Positions 59,567-64,000 of a DNA stretch of 64,000 nt are shown here, piece after piece. Where the stretch lies: assembly GCA_003223455.1 (NCBI GenBank), contig QHVE01000014.1:63077-127076 (forward strand), written 5' to 3'. The DNA comes from Gemmatimonadota bacterium (GTDB taxonomy: Bacteria > Gemmatimonadota > Gemmatimonadetes > Gemmatimonadales > Gemmatimonadaceae). The position numbers were made by a program, and so were the translations under genes. The notes beneath the pieces are model-generated. The model was not told where the DNA came from. It saw only the letters and a list, made by a program, of their open reading frames with translations, and made no database searches. Numbering within the stretch: position 1 is the first letter of the stretch; each line of letters begins with the position of its first letter.

Positions 59567-61405
59567 CTATTCCTGACCCCAGCCGAGCTTCGTGCCCTTG
59601 TTCTGAGCCTCGAGCCATTTCGATAACGGCTCGAAGTACTCGAGCATGGCGTTGGCATCGATCTGTCGCTCACCGGTCATCTCGAACAGCGTCTTCTGCC
59701 ATGGTTGGCCCGCACCCTTTTCGAGCATCGCCTCGAGCTTCCGGCCGGCTTCCTTGCTGCCATAGAAGGAGCAGCGATAGAGCGGGCCGGTGAAGCCGGC
59801 CTCTCGACACATGGCGCGATAGAACTGGAACTGGAGAATGCGCGCGAGAAAGTAGCGAGTGTAGGGAGTGTTGGCCGGGACGTGGAACTTCGCGCCAGGA
59901 TCGAAGTCCTCCGGCGTCGCCTCCGAGGGTCGAGAGATGCCCTGGTACTTCGCGCGCAACTCCCACCACGCCTTGTTGTAATCCGCCGGCGAGACTTCCC
60001 CGGAAAACACTTTCCATCGCCACCGGTCGATGAGAAGACCGAACGGAAGGAACGCAACCCTGTCCAATGCCTGACGCAGCAACAATGCGGTGTCACCCGA
60101 CGGCGGCGGGATCTCTGCGAGAAGCCCGACTTGTTTCAGATACGTCGGCGTGATGGAGAGGGCGACTGCGTCACCAATCGCCTCGTGGAAGCTGTCGTTC
60201 GCGCCGCCCCGAAAGAGATACGGCAGCTTCTTGTACGCGAGGTCGTAGTAGAGGTGGCCCAGCTCGTGGTGAACCACGATGAAGTCCTCGCTGGTCGGGA
60301 CGAGGCACACCTTGAGGCGGACATCATCCTGCGTATCGAGATCCCACGCGCTGGCGTGACAGACCACCTCGCGGTCCCGAGGCTTCACGAAGAGCGATCG
60401 CTGCCAGAACGTCTCCGGGAGCTTCTGCAGGCCAAGCGATGTGAAGAAGCCCTCGCCGTACTTCACCATCGCTTTGGCATCGACCTGCTTTGCGGCCAGG
60501 AGAGCGCTGATGTCGACACCTCCGGCGTTCGACGCCTTGGGGGCCATGACGTCGTAGACATTGCTCCAGTCCTGCGCCCACATGTTGCCGAACAGATGCG
60601 CGGGGATCAGGCCGTTCGGCGGCACGAGCTGCGTGCCGTACTTCTCGCCCAGCTTCGTGCGCGCGTACGCATGGAGCTGGAGATAGAATGGGCGAACCTG
60701 CGTCCAGAGCCGTTCCAGTTCCCGCTCGAGCTCCTGCGGTGACATGTCGTATGCGGATCGCCACATCTCTCCGGTGTTGCTGAACCCGAGCTCGCGGGCG
60801 CCCTTGTTCGAGAGCTCGACGAATCGAGCGTACCGCGGACGCATCGGGCGCGAGATCGTGTGCCACCCCTGCCAGGCCTCGAGCAAGGCCTTCGGATCGC
60901 GACTCTCGCGCAGGATCTTCTCGAGGTCCGGAAGCTGGAGACACTCGTCCTTGCTTCCGGCGGTCTTTCGGCAATATGTCCCCTTTCCATAGTCGGCCTC
61001 GAGGCCGACCTGGAGACGTGTCATCTCGGCCGCTTCCTCCGGATTCCCCGGCGGCGGCGCGACGAGCGCGAGCTTGAGCAGCAGGAACTTGCGGCGCAGC
61101 GGGGCGGAGAGCTGAGCATCGTCGAAGCGCTTCGCCTCGACGGCGTAGCGCTGCACGGCCACGCTGTACGCGGTCTGCGCCTGGGCGGACAGCTCTTCCG
61201 TGTCGTCCGTGATGAAGTTCGCGGCGACCCAGCTGGCCCGGCCGGACCGGGTGCCGAGGTCGAGCAGGTCTTTCTCGATCTTCTCCATGAACCGCTGCGC
61301 CTCGGCCGCAGTCGGCCTCGCGCCGACGCGTTGTTGCGCTCCGACGGTCGTGGCGGCGACGAGGAGAAGCCCCGTCAGGAGGGTCGCGTGCGTGCGTCGG
61401 TTCAC
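59567..61405 (-). CDS. M2-family peptidyl-dipeptidase A (angiotensin-converting-enzyme homologue), secreted
   Basis: Has the signal peptide MNRRTHATLLTGLLLVAATTVGAQ. The zinc site VVHHELGHLYYD is followed by the third ligand in GANDSFHEAIGD at the spacing seen in ACE. ACE-like blocks AHLFGNMWAQDWSN and PYTRYFLARILQFQFYRAMC are also present. Confidence 0.9.
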   Translation of the reverse strand: MNRRTHATLLTGLLLVAATTVGAQQRVGARPTAAEAQRFMEKIEKDLLDLGTRSGRASWVAANFITDDTEELSAQAQTAYSVAVQRYAVEAKRFDDAQLSAPLRRKFLLLKLALVAPPPGNPEEAAEMTRLQVGLEADYGKGTYCRKTAGSKDECLQLPDLEKILRESRDPKALLEAWQGWHTISRPMRPRYARFVELSNKGARELGFSNTGEMWRSAYDMSPQELERELERLWTQVRPFYLQLHAYARTKLGEKYGTQLVPPNGLIPAHLFGNMWAQDWSNVYDVMAPKASNAGGVDISALLAAKQVDAKAMVKYGEGFFTSLGLQKLPETFWQRSLFVKPRDREVVCHASAWDLDTQDDVRLKVCLVPTSEDFIVVHHELGHLYYDLAYKKLPYLFRGGANDSFHEAIGDAVALSITPTYLKQVGLLAEIPPPSGDTALLLRQALDRVAFLPFGLLIDRWRWKVFSGEVSPADYNKAWWELRAKYQGISRPSEATPEDFDPGAKFHVPANTPYTRYFLARILQFQFYRAMCREAGFTGPLYRCSFYGSKEAGRKLEAMLEKGAGQPWQKTLFEMTGERQIDANAMLEYFEPLSKWLEAQNKGTKLGWGQE

Positions 61406-61725
61406 CGTCGCTCCGTTGCTAGCTGGTTGCCTGATCGCTCAGCCGAGTGCGTCCCATCAGCTTCGAATGTATCACGAGTGCGGATCCCTCGACTCCGCTC
61501 GGGAGGACAATGCATGAAGGCGGACTGACTCCTCGCGCAAGGAGTTTTCACGCGGAGCGCGCGGAGCCGAGCGCCTCGACCGGCCACGATCACCAAAGTC
61601 TCTCGCGGCGCACCCCCAAATTCTTGCCGCCTGCACAGTCAGTCGGTTCAGACGGACTAACGAACGTCGCGGCGGAGGAGCACCTTCTGGTCCGCGTCCA
61701 CTGATTCCATCACGCGAGCGTGATC

Positions 61726-62922
61726 ATGCAGACAGCGATGAAGAACACACTCCTGAGCGCGTGTGCCTGCGCGCTCCTGCTACTCGATCCGGTCGCGCCC
61801 GAGCCCACGCGCTATCTGTTCGTATGGGCAGGGGACTCCACGGGAAAGGCGAGCGATTTCCTCGCCGTCCTCGACGCGACGCCGGCGCATCCCGCGTACG
61901 GCCGAGTCGTCGGCTCGGTCGCGGCTGGTGTGGCGGGCACGACACCGCATCACACCGAGTACACGCTGTCGAGCTCGGGCTTCCTGTTCGCCAATGGATT
62001 CAAGTCGGGAAAGTCGTTCATCTTCGACGTGCGCGACCCGCTGCACCTGAAGCTGGTGCGAGCCTTCGACGAGATTGACGGCTACAGCCATCCGCACTCG
62101 TTTCTCCGCCTGCCGAACGGCCACGTGCTGGCCACCTTCAGCATGAAGCACGGGGAGCGCGGCGGCGGCCTGGTCGAGATGGACGACGACGGTCGCGTCG
62201 TTCGGTCGGTCAGCGCGGTCGATCCTCGCGTTCCAGACGTCCTCATTCGTCCCTACAGCATCGCGGTGCTTCCGAAGCTGGACCGCCTGCTGACGACGAG
62301 CTCACCGATGCCGTTCCTCGACGGTCCGGGTGTCGCCGTCCAGTTCTGGCGATTGTCCGATCTGAAGCTGCTGCGGACGATCCGGTTGTCGCCCGGACCG
62401 CGCGGCTACGGACACGAGGATCCGCAGGAGCCGCGCGTGCTCGCGGACGGCAAGACGGTGCTCGTCCAGACGAGGTCGTGCGGACTGCACCGAATCACTG
62501 GACTCGACACCGACACCCCGAAGGCAGAAGCGGTCTACACGTTCGTTGGTGGGCTGTGTGGTGTGCCGCTCGCGGTCGGCCACTACTGGATCGAAGCGGT
62601 GCCTGCGATGGGTGGGGTCGTGGTGCTGGACGTCGCCAACCCGGCGAAGCCGGTGAAGGTGTCCGAGCTGTCGCTCGGCGCGGATCAGTTCACGCACTGG
62701 ATGGCGTGGGACGACGTCGGCAGCCGGATCATCCTCAACTCCGGCGGGACGGACAGTCGGTTGTTCATGCTTCGCTTCGACCGCACCACAGGTCGCGTCA
62801 CCCTCGACACCGAGTTCAGGAACCCGGGCTCCGCGAGCCCGGGGTTCAGCATGAGCAACCTGGACTTGCCGCACGGCTTTCACGGGACCGGCTTTCCGCA
62901 CGGCGCCGTCTTTTCCCGGTAA
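61726..62922 (+). CDS. SBP56 (selenium-binding protein / methanethiol oxidase)-like beta-propeller protein, paralogue 2
   Basis: Contains YLFVWAGDSTGKASDFLAVLDATPAHPAYGRVVGSV...PHHTEY, YSHPHS, GGLVEMDDDG, VQFWRLSDLKLL, RVLADGKTV and VVVLDVANPAKP. It is collinear with the 48519-49799 protein. The start could be ATG 61726 or 61738. Confidence 0.65.
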   Translation: MQTAMKNTLLSACACALLLLDPVAPEPTRYLFVWAGDSTGKASDFLAVLDATPAHPAYGRVVGSVAAGVAGTTPHHTEYTLSSSGFLFANGFKSGKSFIFDVRDPLHLKLVRAFDEIDGYSHPHSFLRLPNGHVLATFSMKHGERGGGLVEMDDDGRVVRSVSAVDPRVPDVLIRPYSIAVLPKLDRLLTTSSPMPFLDGPGVAVQFWRLSDLKLLRTIRLSPGPRGYGHEDPQEPRVLADGKTVLVQTRSCGLHRITGLDTDTPKAEAVYTFVGGLCGVPLAVGHYWIEAVPAMGGVVVLDVANPAKPVKVSELSLGADQFTHWMAWDDVGSRIILNSGGTDSRLFMLRFDRTTGRVTLDTEFRNPGSASPGFSMSNLDLPHGFHGTGFPHGAVFSR

Positions 62923-62961
62923 GCCGCGACGCCGCGATGGCGTGGCGCGGGAGGAAGTCAT

Positions 62962-64000
62962 ATGCTTGCGCCAATGGACCGCGTCGATCAGCTGAACGCC
63001 TCGTTCGAGGGGAAGTACCGGATCGAGCGGGAGCTCGGCTCCGGTGGCATGGCGACGGTCTACCTCGCCGAGGATCTCAAGCACCACCGGCGAGTGGCGA
63101 TCAAGGTGCTGCGGGACGACCTCTCGGCGTCGGTGGGTGCCGAGCGGTTCCTGCGGGAGATCGAGATCGCGGCGCACCTCCAGCATCCGAACATCCTCCC
63201 GCTGCTCGACTCGGGCGAGGCTGGTGGACGCCTGTTCTACGTCATGCCCTTCGTCGAGGGACAGTCGCTCCGCGAGCGGCTCACGCGCGAGCACGAGCTG
63301 CCGGTGAGCGAGGCCGTTCGCCTGATCGTCGAGATCGTCGATGCGCTGGCGTACGCGCACGCGCGTGGCGTGGTGCATCGGGACATCAAGCCGGACAACG
63401 TGATGCTGTCCGGTCGCCATGGATTGATCGCCGACTTCGGCGTGGCGCGCGCGATCAGCAACGCCACCAACCCGAGCCAGATCACGTCGCTCGGCGTGGC
63501 GCTGGGGACGCCGGCGTACATGTCGCCCGAGCAGGCCACCGCCGATCCCTCGGTCGATCATCGCACCGACATCTACGCCGTGGGTGTGCTCGCCTATGAG
63601 CTGATCGCCGGAACGGTGCCCTTCGCCGGCATGAGCCCGCAGAAGGTGCTCGCGGCGCACGTGATGGAGACACCCGCGCCGCTCTCGAAGCATCGACCGG
63701 GCATCTCGCCCGCTCTCGAGCAGGCGGTGATGCAGTGTCTCGCGAAGAAGCCGGCCGACCGCTGGCAGCGCACGGACGACCTGCTCGCCGCGCTCGAGCC
63801 GCTGGCGACTCCCACCGCGGGCATGGCCCCGACGTCGGCGCGACTCGAGCCGGTCCGGGTGCGACGTACGCGTCTCGTTCCACTCGCGATCGCTGCCCTC
63901 GTGATCGTCGCTGGTGCGTTCGCCTATCAGTCGACGCGCCACACCGGTCCGAGCCTCGTGTTCGGCGCGTCGTCGCAGCTGACGACGGACGCGGGGTTGC
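62962..64000 (+). CDS. Hanks-type serine/threonine protein kinase (3' end beyond window)
   Basis: Hand translation from ATG 62962, with GGAGG 7 nt upstream, gives MLAPMDRVDQLNASFEGKYRIERELGSGGMATVYLAEDLKHHRRVAIKVL...VVHRDIKPDNVML...IADFGVARA...GTPAYMSPEQ..., followed by a TM-like LVPLAIAALVIVAGAFAY. It is not in the ORF track because there is no stop before the window end. Confidence 0.9.
   Translation, partial: MLAPMDRVDQLNASFEGKYRIERELGSGGMATVYLAEDLKHHRRVAIKVLRDDLSASVGAERFLREIEIAAHLQHPNILPLLDSGEAGGRLFYVMPFVEGQSLRERLTREHELPVSEAVRLIVEIVDALAYAHARGVVHRDIKPDNVMLSGRHGLIADFGVARAISNATNPSQITSLGVALGTPAYMSPEQATADPSVDHRTDIYAVGVLAYELIAGTVPFAGMSPQKVLAAHVMETPAPLSKHRPGISPALEQAVMQCLAKKPADRWQRTDDLLAALEPLATPTAGMAPTSARLEPVRVRRTRLVPLAIAALVIVAGAFAYQSTRHTGPSLVFGASSQLTTDAGL

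Noticed and set aside
61528-61548. ACTCCT-CGCGCA-AGGAGT hairpin followed by TTT between the divergent M2 peptidase and SBP56-like genes
   Set aside because: The stem is only 6 bp with a short T-run, and it lies between divergent promoters where a terminator has no obvious role. It is too weak to call.
61709-61724. ATCACGC-GA-GCGTGAT dyad abutting the start region of SBP56-like paralogue 2
   Set aside because: It is a real 7-2-7 palindrome, but short and without a second copy (none upstream of paralogue 1). It could be chance and is noted only.

Overview
This is a high-GC bacterial chromosomal segment, densely coding on both strands. I recognised no rRNA, tRNA, CRISPR array, transposase or integrase. 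Internal start codons were placed by counting residues from the supplied ORF track. Two genes that run off the window edges (tkt at the 5' end, a Ser/Thr kinase at the 3' end) are absent from the track and were translated by hand.

Layout:
(1) 1-2.9 kb: the transketolase 5' end, a ~180-nt imperfect palindrome, a glycine-zipper secreted protein and an SGNH lipoprotein.
(2) 3.2-12.5 kb: a nine-gene, translationally coupled + strand operon. It encodes a KAS III-like condensing enzyme, a thioester-reductase-type SDR, a small carrier protein, a class-II aaRS (SerRS-core)-like amino acid:carrier-protein ligase, two ferritin-like di-iron proteins, a BtaA-like (DUF3419) SAM transferase, a double-GNAT protein and an MMPL/RND exporter. 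This is my top candidate for an undescribed system, namely a ribosome- and NRPS-independent amino-lipid pathway.
(3) 12.4-18.1 kb, minus strand: cfa, a LAL-type (AAA+/TPR/LuxR) regulator and an S8 peptidase, converging on the operon.
(4) 18.2-24.7 kb: an ArsR regulator flanked by inverted AT-rich operator copies, a small disordered hydrophilic protein, a HEAT-repeat protein coupled to an HD-GYP phosphodiesterase, and an ECF sigma/anti-sigma pair.
(5) 24.9-40.0 kb: a trehalose/alpha-glucan supercluster, treS-treZ-glgX-glgB-malQ-treY-glgP. Here treS is broken by a deletion/frameshift, and a G-quadruplex-type motif sits at the malQ/treY junction.
(6) 40.2-47.4 kb: an envelope glyco/lipid-modification cluster with a UPF0104 flippase-like protein, a hydrolase, two methyltransferases and three glycosyltransferases.
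(7) 47.6-64 kb: mixed genes with visibly lower GC3 in places. They include two SBP56-like paralogues, VOC, PhyH, a DHFR-like protein, glnS, an arsR-aha1 pair, an M48 peptidase, a fused membrane/spermidine-synthase-like protein, a bacterial ACE-type M2 peptidase and a Ser/Thr kinase.

Most long Arg/Pro-rich ORFs in the track are out-of-frame or antisense shadows typical of high-GC DNA.
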